Positions 8,994 to 17,426 of a DNA stretch of 64,000 nucleotides are shown in pieces (the stretch's first letter is position 1; every line of letters begins with the position of its first letter). Source of the stretch: Lewinellaceae bacterium (lineage in GTDB: Bacteria; Bacteroidota; Bacteroidia; Chitinophagales; Saprospiraceae). The DNA lies in assembly GCA_020636325.1 (NCBI GenBank), contig JACJYC010000009.1:175926-239925 (forward strand), read 5' to 3'. Position numbers and translations under genes: made by a program. The notes under the pieces are model-generated. The model saw only the letters and a program-made list of their open reading frames with translations, searched no databases and was not told the DNA's origin.

Positions 8994-11432
8994 ATGCACC
9001 GACCCAAATCATTCCAAACAGGCTTCCTGCGCCTGCTTCCGGCCTTTGCGCTGCTGTTGAGCCACTGCAACAATCCGACCCCGGTTCCGGCAGGATTGCA
9101 ACGTTATACCGATGACGTTGAGGGCCTGACCGGGCGTGCTGCATACCTCGATTCTCCTTTTGTCACAGCCGGCGACCGCCTGTACATGGTGGGCCACCAG
9201 AACGGGCAGTTTCCCGACCTAGGCTGGCATGTGACCGGCGAAATGGGCGGCATCTGGGATCATCCCATCAAGCTCATGGACGGGTTCACTGCCGCCGTTC
9301 AAAGCGCTGCAGGGACAACCTGCCTCATCCAGGCCGATACCTTCATCAACTATCCGTTTGCCAACAAGCAGATATTCAGTTCCTTGCCCGGCCACTTGCG
9401 GGTGGAGCGCTTCCAGTTTGTCCCCGACAGCCTGGAGGCCGTTGTGGTTGAATTCAAAATGATCAACCTCTCCGACCGGCCGCAATCGCTCAGGTTCGAA
9501 TTCACAGGGTATACGGATCTGCGGCCCGTCTGGCTGGGGGAACGAACCGGGATGATCGACGGTCCGGATTACGCGGAATGGGATGAGACCAACCGCGCCT
9601 GGCTGGCCAGAGACAGCCTCAACGACTGGTACGTGATGTTCGGTTCTGCCCTTGCGGGAAAAAACAAACCGAGCCCCGGGGTGGATTGCAGTTACCATCC
9701 TGCCGGAAAAGGAACCGCGGCCACCATTGGGTACGACCTGGAGCTCCCGCCCAACGGCGTGGTGCTGGTTCCGTTCACCATTGCGGGTTCGTATGAATCC
9801 GAAGAAAAGGTCAGGGCCGTATTTTCCGGCGTCCGGCAGGGCGCTTCCGGTTTGCTGGCCGCGAAAAAAGCCCGGTACGCCGCCCTGGCTGCCCGGACCC
9901 GGCTGATCATACCGGATAAGCAATTGCAGCAGACCTTTGAATGGCTTAAATACAATGACGATTGGCTGGTGCGGGATGTGCCGGAGATCGGGCGCGGCCT
10001 GTCAGCCGGTCTGCCGGATTACCCCTGGTGGTTCGGGGCCGATAATGAATATGCGCTCAAAGGGCTCATCGCCACCGGGCGGCGCGACCTGGTATACAGC
10101 ACCATCGACCTGCTGGTAAACATTTCGGAAAAGGCCAACGGCAACGGGCGGATCATCCACGAGGTATCCACCAACGGGGCCGTTTTCAACCCCGGGAACA
10201 TCAATGAAACCCCGCAGTTCGCTTCCCTGATCCGGACCGTTTATCAATGGACCGGCGATCGCGCGTTCCTGGAAAAATACTACCCCGTCGTCAAAAAAGG
10301 GCTCGACTGGCTGATGCGCGAAAATGACCGAGACCTCAATCTGCTACCGGATGGGTTCGGCATGATGGAGATCCACGGCATGAACAGCGAGATGGTCGAT
10401 GTGGCCGCCTATACCCAAAAAGCCTTTGCGGATGCCGCCGCCATGGCGCGCGCGATGAATGAGGATTCCCTGGCTGCGGTGTATGACGGCCTTGCCGGAC
10501 AGCTGGCGGAAAAGATCAACACCGAATTCTGGGCGCCGGATTATGGTTCGTACGCCGACTTTGTGGGCAACAACTGGCAGGCGCTCACCCTGCTCCAGGA
10601 CGCTCTGGTACGCGCGGATACCCTGCACAAACCCTGGGCTTCCGAAGAGCTGACCGCTACCCGCGACAAACTGCTGCAATCCACCGCTTATTATAAGAAG
10701 CAAGGGTTTGTGCTGTACCACAACTGGGTAGTGAACACCCCGATGGAAACCGGCGTTGCGGACCCGGATAAAGCGCTTAAAGCCCTGGAAACGGGCGCCA
10801 GGTTCGTCAATCCGTTTGGCATGTTCGTCACCGGCATCGACCGCGATGAATCTGCCGGAAAGGATGAAGGTTCATTTGCGGCCGGTAAGAAGATATTCTC
10901 CTATACCGGCGCGGTAATGACCCTGCCGACCGGCGTGCAGGCGGTAGCCGAGAACAATTACGGCCGCCCCGATCAGGCCCTGGATTACCTCAAGCGCATG
11001 ACCCGAAGTTTCGGGTACGCCCTGCCCGGTTCCATTTATGAGGTATCCCCCGATTTCGGCATGATGACCCAGGCGTGGACGATCTATAGTTTTGCCGTTC
11101 CGATCGTGCAGCAATTCTTCGGGATCCAACCGGAAGCTGCCGGGAAAAGCATCCGCATCCGGCCCCAAATGCCGGCAGAATGGGCGGATGCCAGCCTGGA
11201 AAAAGTGTTGATCGGCAACAACGAGTTGGACATGCATTACAAAAAATCCGGTAAAAAGCTGGAAATTGCCCTCCGCCAAACCCAGGCCGATTGGCGGATC
11301 AGATTTTATTTGCCTTCCGGTGAATACGGCAAATGGAAAGTGAACGGAGCGGTCATCGATCCGGATACAGAGGGCCCGTTCCAGTTCGTGGAACTGATGG
11401 GAGAGGAAATCCTGATTGAACTGATGAATTAA
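8994..11432 (+). CDS. large lipoprotein glycoside hydrolase, (alpha/alpha)6-toroid type (GH63/GH15/GDE-like)
   Basis: Lipoprotein signal (LLSHC); block LPDYPWWFGADNEYALKGLIATGRRDL resembles the YPxxWxRD catalytic region of (alpha/alpha)6 glucosidases; 812 aa. Confidence 0.5.
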   Translation: MHRPKSFQTGFLRLLPAFALLLSHCNNPTPVPAGLQRYTDDVEGLTGRAAYLDSPFVTAGDRLYMVGHQNGQFPDLGWHVTGEMGGIWDHPIKLMDGFTAAVQSAAGTTCLIQADTFINYPFANKQIFSSLPGHLRVERFQFVPDSLEAVVVEFKMINLSDRPQSLRFEFTGYTDLRPVWLGERTGMIDGPDYAEWDETNRAWLARDSLNDWYVMFGSALAGKNKPSPGVDCSYHPAGKGTAATIGYDLELPPNGVVLVPFTIAGSYESEEKVRAVFSGVRQGASGLLAAKKARYAALAARTRLIIPDKQLQQTFEWLKYNDDWLVRDVPEIGRGLSAGLPDYPWWFGADNEYALKGLIATGRRDLVYSTIDLLVNISEKANGNGRIIHEVSTNGAVFNPGNINETPQFASLIRTVYQWTGDRAFLEKYYPVVKKGLDWLMRENDRDLNLLPDGFGMMEIHGMNSEMVDVAAYTQKAFADAAAMARAMNEDSLAAVYDGLAGQLAEKINTEFWAPDYGSYADFVGNNWQALTLLQDALVRADTLHKPWASEELTATRDKLLQSTAYYKKQGFVLYHNWVVNTPMETGVADPDKALKALETGARFVNPFGMFVTGIDRDESAGKDEGSFAAGKKIFSYTGAVMTLPTGVQAVAENNYGRPDQALDYLKRMTRSFGYALPGSIYEVSPDFGMMTQAWTIYSFAVPIVQQFFGIQPEAAGKSIRIRPQMPAEWADASLEKVLIGNNELDMHYKKSGKKLEIALRQTQADWRIRFYLPSGEYGKWKVNGAVIDPDTEGPFQFVELMGEEILIELMN

Positions 11433-11439
11433 ATCGATC

Positions 11440-11700
11440 AGGCTGAATATCGCGATTGAAATGATCGCCTGACGGACGGTAGAAATCGGATCATCTGGAG
11501 CAATCGGAAAATTGAACCGATTAAGCCGAATGATACGATTGGGCTGACCAACCGACGGACGCCCAAAATCCCCACCTTCGCTGACGCCGTCTGCCGTAGG
11601 CGACTTTGTCGTCCGGAGGCTGAAGCTACGGCCACCGGGCGACGAAGCTTCAGCGAAGTTGCCGGGCGGTGAAATCAATCGAATCAATCGACCAATCGAA
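11440..11700. repeat. dispersed intergenic repeat family. Contains an inverted copy of the TTGGGGCGT..GGTTGGTCAGC..ATCG core, a GCTGAAGCTACGGCCACCGGGCGACGAAGCTTCAGCGAAGTTGCCGGGCGG element, and a (CAATCGAAT) array
   Basis: The reverse complement of 11440-11545 aligns with 600-680. 11617-11668 recurs at 20533-20585. 11669-11700 is the complement of the GATTGATTCG arrays. Confidence 0.6.
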
Positions 11701-11721
11701 TCAATCAAAAAAAATATATCC

Positions 11722-12756
11722 ATGAAAACCGTTTTGGTGACCGGCGGTACAGGTTACATCGGCTCCTGGGTGGTCAAATACCTGTTGGAGGAAGGGCATG
11801 TTGTGCGGGTGGCAGTGCGCGACAAAACGGCTGCTGCAAAGATCCGACACCTGGAAATCATAGCCCAATCGGCGCCGGGTACGCTGGAGTTCTGGGAGGC
11901 GGACCTGCTCAAGCCGGGATCTTTTCAGGATGCGATGCAGGGGTGCGAAGAAGTATACCATATGGCATCGCCGTTTTTATTCAGCCGGTTCAAGGACCCG
12001 TTCCGGGAGTTGATCAACCCGGCGGTGGAAGGCACCCGGAACGTGCTGGAATCCGTCAACCGGACGGTGTCCGTCAAGCGGGTGATCCTGACCTCCAGCG
12101 TGGTGGCCATATACGGCGACAGTGCGGATATGACCCGGCAGGGTTTGACCGAATTCACGGAAGCGGACTGGAACATCAGCAGCCATCCGCGGCATCAGGC
12201 CTATTCCTACTCGAAATTGTTGGCTGAGAAGGAAGCCTTGCGCCTGTTTGAAGGGCAGAATTGGTGGAAATTGTCGGTTATCAATCCCGGTTTTGTGATG
12301 GGGCCCATGCTGGGGAAGCACTCCGATTCGGAAAGCCTGGAGTTTATGAAGAATATGCTGACGGGCAAGAACAAAACCGGTGTCCCGCATATTGTTTATG
12401 GCTATGCGGATGTTCGGGACGTGGCCAGGGCCCATTTGCTGGCAGCCGAAAAGGGATCTGACGGCCGGCATATTGTGGTGAACGAATGCAAATCGCTGAT
12501 GGAAGTTGCGGAAATGCTGCGCAGGTTGTCCGGCAACAAGTACCCGCTTCCCAAAATGCGCCTCCCCAAATGGCTGATGTACCTGGTCGGATGGACCGCC
12601 GGGTTGAGCTGGAAATTCATCTATAACAATGTGGGGTACCCGCTTAAATTCAATAACCGAAAGAGTGTGGAGCAACTCGGCCTTCAATATACGGACCTGG
12701 AAACGACCTTTGCGGATATGGTGACTCAGATGGAGGAGTTGTCAGTTGTCAGTTGA
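11722..12756 (+). CDS. NAD(P)-dependent epimerase/dehydratase family oxidoreductase (extended SDR, aldehyde/cinnamoyl-CoA reductase-like)
   Basis: Rossmann motif VLVTGGTGYIGSW, YxxxK catalytic block (YSYSKLLAEKE). Confidence 0.8.
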   Translation: MKTVLVTGGTGYIGSWVVKYLLEEGHVVRVAVRDKTAAAKIRHLEIIAQSAPGTLEFWEADLLKPGSFQDAMQGCEEVYHMASPFLFSRFKDPFRELINPAVEGTRNVLESVNRTVSVKRVILTSSVVAIYGDSADMTRQGLTEFTEADWNISSHPRHQAYSYSKLLAEKEALRLFEGQNWWKLSVINPGFVMGPMLGKHSDSESLEFMKNMLTGKNKTGVPHIVYGYADVRDVARAHLLAAEKGSDGRHIVVNECKSLMEVAEMLRRLSGNKYPLPKMRLPKWLMYLVGWTAGLSWKFIYNNVGYPLKFNNRKSVEQLGLQYTDLETTFADMVTQMEELSVVS

Positions 12757-13366
12757 CAGTGGTCAGTTGGGTAACCGGGGCTGAATCTCGGAAAAATTGC
12801 GGATGTGCGGGCTGCGAGGGCTGCAATGCGGGTGAGATTTCCTTGCTTGAAAATGATATACCGTCCCTAACGGGCCGGAGAATTTCGTCGTTACCGGGGT
12901 GCTACAAGGATGGCGGTCCTAGTGGACCGCACATGTGCGGGAGCGTGAAAATTGGATGGGATCAACTTATAGATATCAGGATGATCAACAAAGGCGGAAT
13001 GCCGGATAAATAACGGCCGCGCGGTCCGCTGGGACCGCAAAATTTGTAGCATCCGGATGAATGGTTGGTTCCGGCCTGTAGGGCCGGTATATGGATTTCG
13101 ACCGAATGGCAAACACGTTTTGAACATGGATTGTTTTTTTTGGGCATATCCGCTAAACACACCAGTAAGGCTAAATGGATCATCTTTAGAGATGTTCATC
13201 TATTGTCCCGAACGGCAGTTGATTCCAAACGCAGTATTGTTAAAATGAAAACCTTCGGAAATTCAATTTATTTCCTGATCTGCCTATCCGGTATAAATTT
13301 TGGTTGTAATGAGCAAAAACTGGATGGAAACTGGGAGGTTTTTTCATCTGAAATAGAATGATTTCC

Positions 13367-13726
13367 CTACAACTCCTCCAACACCCGTCGCGTCAGATCG
13401 CTTTCCGCATCCCCGGTATTCAGTACGCCGGCGGGCTCGAACAGCAGGACGCACACCTCTTCCTCCGCCACCGGGCGGTGCTCCACGCCGCGCGGGACGA
13501 TCAGGAATTCGTTTTCGGCCAATTCTACCTTGCGGTCCCGGAACTCCATTGTGAAACGGCCTTTGACGACCAGGAACATTTCATCCTCGTGGTTGTGCTT
13601 GTGCCACACGAATTCGCCCTGGAACTTGACCAGCTTGACTTCCTGGCCGTTCAGTTTGCCTACGACCCTGGGATTCCAGTGGTCGTTGAAAAGGCTGAGT
13701 TTTTGCGAGAGGTTGACTTTTTTCAT
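13367..13726 (-). CDS. cupin domain protein
   Basis: 119 aa, GEFVWHKHNHEDEMFLVVKG...EFLIVPRGVEH cupin motifs 1 and 2. Confidence 0.75.
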   Translation of the reverse strand: MKKVNLSQKLSLFNDHWNPRVVGKLNGQEVKLVKFQGEFVWHKHNHEDEMFLVVKGRFTMEFRDRKVELAENEFLIVPRGVEHRPVAEEEVCVLLFEPAGVLNTGDAESDLTRRVLEEL

Positions 13727-13813
13727 ACAGATATTGCGGTCCTACGGACCTGGTTTAGATCGAAAAGCTTAAAATTAAGCTATTCCTGTACAAAATGCAA
13801 TATGGAATATTCC

Positions 13814-14935
13814 TCATTCTTTGCCCGATTTGTACCGGTTTCGGATGTAAAAACTCAGCTCATGGGAATTGGCCAGAATGATATCCGGCAGACCGTCGCC
13901 GTTGATGTCCCCGGCAACGATGTCATAGGTCTTATAGCCCTCGCGACCGACGGATTGCCGCTCAAAATGACCGTCTCCTGTGTTCAAATATAAAGTTAGG
14001 GGATCGCCGTTATTGCCGCAAATGATATCGGGGGAACCATCCCGATTGAAATCCTCCACGGCGACAGCGAAGGCCATTTCTCCTTTTTTGCCAAATGCGA
14101 CAGTCCGGGAAAAATCAAGCCTGTCATCTCCGAAATAAACGAGGTTTTCGGCGTTGAGGTTGCCCATCGCAATGTCCGGAAAACCGTCTTTGTCAAAATC
14201 AGCAACGGCAACCGATCTTGAATCAACGGCGCCGCCGAAGAAAACCGGGGATTCGAACCCGCCTTTTCGGTTGTTAATGAGGATCTGATTGGGTTGGTCA
14301 TCCCTGTTGGCGAGGATGACATCCGGAAATTGATCCCTGTTTAGGTCGGCTACTTCAATATCAATAGTGGAGGTGGATTCGCCGAGTGGTTCCGACCGGG
14401 GAAAATTTCCTTTTCCATCATTGTAACAGACCAGATTGGCGCTACCTCTGTTGGCGACCAGGATATCCATGTCGCCATCCAGGTCGATATCGGTTATCTT
14501 CAGATTTCGGGTTGGGCTGATAGCGCCAAAATAGCCGTGAAAGCTGAATTTGCCTTTTCCGTCGTTCAGGTAAATTTTTGAAGGCGCCATATCGTTCCCT
14601 TCAGCAATATCCAGGTCGCCGTCGCCATCCAGGTCTGCCAGTTCACAAGCATAACTGGTAGATCGCTCATCGCCAAAAGGATAGGCTATCCGGAAAATAC
14701 CCCGCAGGTTGAGGAAAACCATATTTTCTTCCGGCCAATGCCTACCGTTGGCTGTGATAATGTCTAGGTCTCCATCCCCGTCGATATCGCCGAGGCTGAC
14801 GGAGGCTGTGCGGTGTATCTGTGTTCCAAGCGTGAGACGGTATTCTTCCAGGCCCTGTGGCGCTTCGAACAGGACTTGCTGGGCAGACACACTCATAGGG
14901 ATCAGCATCAGAAGAATCAATTGTCGGGGGATCAT
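13814..14935 (-). CDS. secreted FG-GAP/VCBS repeat protein
   Basis: Signal peptide MIPRQLILLMLIPMSVSAQ; repeated DxDGDGxxDI calcium-binding FG-GAP motifs (DIDGDGDLDII, DLDGDGDLDIA, DIDLDGDMDIL). Confidence 0.7.
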   Translation of the reverse strand: MIPRQLILLMLIPMSVSAQQVLFEAPQGLEEYRLTLGTQIHRTASVSLGDIDGDGDLDIITANGRHWPEENMVFLNLRGIFRIAYPFGDERSTSYACELADLDGDGDLDIAEGNDMAPSKIYLNDGKGKFSFHGYFGAISPTRNLKITDIDLDGDMDILVANRGSANLVCYNDGKGNFPRSEPLGESTSTIDIEVADLNRDQFPDVILANRDDQPNQILINNRKGGFESPVFFGGAVDSRSVAVADFDKDGFPDIAMGNLNAENLVYFGDDRLDFSRTVAFGKKGEMAFAVAVEDFNRDGSPDIICGNNGDPLTLYLNTGDGHFERQSVGREGYKTYDIVAGDINGDGLPDIILANSHELSFYIRNRYKSGKE

Positions 14936-15058
14936 CGGATTGATTTTAAAGTTGAAAAGTACGGAAAAACTGTAAAACCGGGACTGATTTCCTGAAAATC
15001 CCTTCGCCGCCTCAGCGATTTTACGTAACATCGCCTACCACAAAACATCACCAGCTTT

Positions 15059-17218
15059 ATGAAAAAATCCGTTCTACTGGCCTGCTTTTTCCTGGCCGCC
15101 CGTTTTCTTTTTGCACAAACCTATCCGTTCCGGAACACCGCCCTCGCCGACGATGAGCGTCTGGATAACCTGATCTCCCTGATGACCCTGCAGGAAAAGA
15201 TCGACCACCTGTCGCCGCGACTGCCAGGGGTTCCGCGCCTCGGTTTGAAAGGCATCCGGATCGTGGAAGGCCTCCACGGATTGGCGCACAGCGGACCGGC
15301 CAACTGGGCCGTCAAGGGTAAAGGCGAGGCGCCGACCACCACTTTCCCGCAAGCCATCGGCCTGGCCCAGATGTGGGACCCCGACCTGCAGCGGCAAATT
15401 GCCTCCTGGGAAGCGGAAGAAGCCCGGTTCCTGACCCAGAACGAGCGCTACAATAGCTCCGGCCTGATCGTCCTGGCGCCCAACGCCGACCTGGGGCGCG
15501 ACATCCGCTGGGGGCGCACCGAGGAATGCTACGGCGAGGACGCTTTCCTGGCCTCCGTCCTGACCGTCGCTTATGTGAAAGGTCTTCAGGGCGACGACCC
15601 GAAGTACTGGAAAACAGCTTCCCTGATGAAGCATTTTCTGGCCAACAGCAACGAGAACAACCGCTTCGTCAATTCTTCCGATTTTGACGAACGCCTGTTC
15701 CGCGAATACTACAGCTACGCTTTCTTCAAAGGCGTGACCGAAGGCGGGTCCCGCGCTTATATGGCAGCCTACAACAAATACAACGGCATCCCCTGCACGG
15801 TCCACCCCATGTTGAAAGATGTCACGGTGAAGGATTGGGGCCAAAACGGCATCATCTGCACCGACGGCGGGGCCTTCCAACGGCTTGTCAACGACCATAA
15901 ATACTACCCCGATCTCACCGAAGCCGCCGCAGCCTGCATCCATTCCGGGATCACCATGTTCCTGGATTTTTATAAACCCCACGTACAGGCCGCCCTGGAT
16001 AAAGGCTTGCTCAAGGAGGCGGATATCGAACAGGCTATCCGGGGCAACCTCCGGGTCATGCTCAAACTCGGCCTTGCCGACGATAACCCCGCCAACCCTT
16101 ACGCCAATATCGGCGTAGCGGATACCATCCGTCCCTGGACGAAACCCGAAGCTGCCGCACTGGCCAGAAAAGCCACCCGCGAGTCGGTCGTCCTGATGAA
16201 AAATGACGGCCGTTTGCTGCCCATTCAGAAAGGGAAGGTCAAATCAGTTGCCGTTATCGGGCCGGGCGCCGACTTTGTGGTGTCCGACTGGTATTCCGGG
16301 ACGCCGCCTTACCGGGTCTCCATCCTGGATGGGATCCGGAATGCTGCCGGAGACGACGTAATCATCCGGTTTGCCGCAAGCAATAAGGCCGACTCAGCGG
16401 TAGTAGCGGCCCGGGAAAGCGATATCGCCATTGTCTGCGTCGGCAATCACCCCCTGAGTTACGGCCTGAGCTGGGGCAAAAACTACGTGCCCAGCGACGG
16501 CCGGGAAGAAGTGGACCGTCAGGCCGTTTCTCTGGAGCAGGAAGACCTGGTGCGGCTGGTCAGGGCCGCCAATCCCAATACCGTCATGATCGTGGTATCC
16601 AGCTTCCCGTACGCCATTCCCTGGTCGAAGGAACACGTACCGGCCATCCTGCACGTCACCCAGTCCAGCCAGGAACTGGGCAACGGGGTGGCCGATATCT
16701 TGTTCGGGGCCGCCAATCCTGCCGGCCGCCTGGTCCAGACCTGGCCCGAGTCCATTGATCAGCTGTTGCCCATTCTGGACTACGATATCCGGCACGGCCG
16801 TACCTATATGTATGACAAACACAAGCCCCTGTTTGCCTTCGGCCATGGATTGAGCTATACCGATTTCAAGTATTCAGACCTGCAATTGGGCAAAGGCGTC
16901 ATCCGTGAAGGCGAAACCCTGACGGTCAGCCTGACCGTCGCCAATACAGGCGCCATGGACGGCGATGAGGTCGTTCAGATCTATGCCGCTTACATGGATT
17001 CGGCCGTGGATCGCCCGGTGAAAGCCCTCAAGGGGTTCAAACGGGTCAGCATTCCGGCGGGGAAAGCCGTAACGGTTGCCATTCCTGTCAAAGCCGCAGA
17101 CCTGGCCTATTGGAACGTCAATAAGCACGCCTTTGTACTGGAAAAGGGGACGATCCAGCTGATGGCCGGGGCCGCTTCCGACGATATCCGGCTCGCCGGG
17201 ATGATCCGCGCTGAATAA
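15059..17218 (+). CDS. glycoside hydrolase family 3 (beta-glucosidase/beta-xylosidase-like), secreted
   Basis: Signal peptide; GH3 N-terminal domain blocks (GLIVLAPNADLGRDIRWGRTEECYGEDAF) and a C-terminal fibronectin-like domain. Confidence 0.85.
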   Translation: MKKSVLLACFFLAARFLFAQTYPFRNTALADDERLDNLISLMTLQEKIDHLSPRLPGVPRLGLKGIRIVEGLHGLAHSGPANWAVKGKGEAPTTTFPQAIGLAQMWDPDLQRQIASWEAEEARFLTQNERYNSSGLIVLAPNADLGRDIRWGRTEECYGEDAFLASVLTVAYVKGLQGDDPKYWKTASLMKHFLANSNENNRFVNSSDFDERLFREYYSYAFFKGVTEGGSRAYMAAYNKYNGIPCTVHPMLKDVTVKDWGQNGIICTDGGAFQRLVNDHKYYPDLTEAAAACIHSGITMFLDFYKPHVQAALDKGLLKEADIEQAIRGNLRVMLKLGLADDNPANPYANIGVADTIRPWTKPEAAALARKATRESVVLMKNDGRLLPIQKGKVKSVAVIGPGADFVVSDWYSGTPPYRVSILDGIRNAAGDDVIIRFAASNKADSAVVAARESDIAIVCVGNHPLSYGLSWGKNYVPSDGREEVDRQAVSLEQEDLVRLVRAANPNTVMIVVSSFPYAIPWSKEHVPAILHVTQSSQELGNGVADILFGAANPAGRLVQTWPESIDQLLPILDYDIRHGRTYMYDKHKPLFAFGHGLSYTDFKYSDLQLGKGVIREGETLTVSLTVANTGAMDGDEVVQIYAAYMDSAVDRPVKALKGFKRVSIPAGKAVTVAIPVKAADLAYWNVNKHAFVLEKGTIQLMAGAASDDIRLAGMIRAE

Positions 17219-17237
17219 GGAAAGGCTTCAATAAAAA

Positions 17238-17266
17238 ATCCCCTGCAAGCCAGTTGCAGGGGATAC
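17238..17266. terminator. bidirectional rho-independent terminator between the convergent GH3 and TonB-receptor genes
   Basis: AAAAAA-CCCCTGCAA-gccag-TTGCAGGGG hairpin with an A/T run on both sides. Confidence 0.5.
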
Positions 17267-17426
17267 CAAAATTGGATTGATAAATCAGCCTTGACGGCTA
17301 TGAGTCAGTTTCCCGGGTTTTACCCCGGATAAACACATCGTTTAATAAATGGCTCACTTTCATTTTTAACCATGCTGACCCAATTTCTTACTTATCCTTT
17401 AACCTTTAACCTTGTTACCGACCTCA

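Noticed and set aside
15074-15982. 302-aa minus-strand ORF over the GH3 gene
   Set aside because: Antisense shadow ORF
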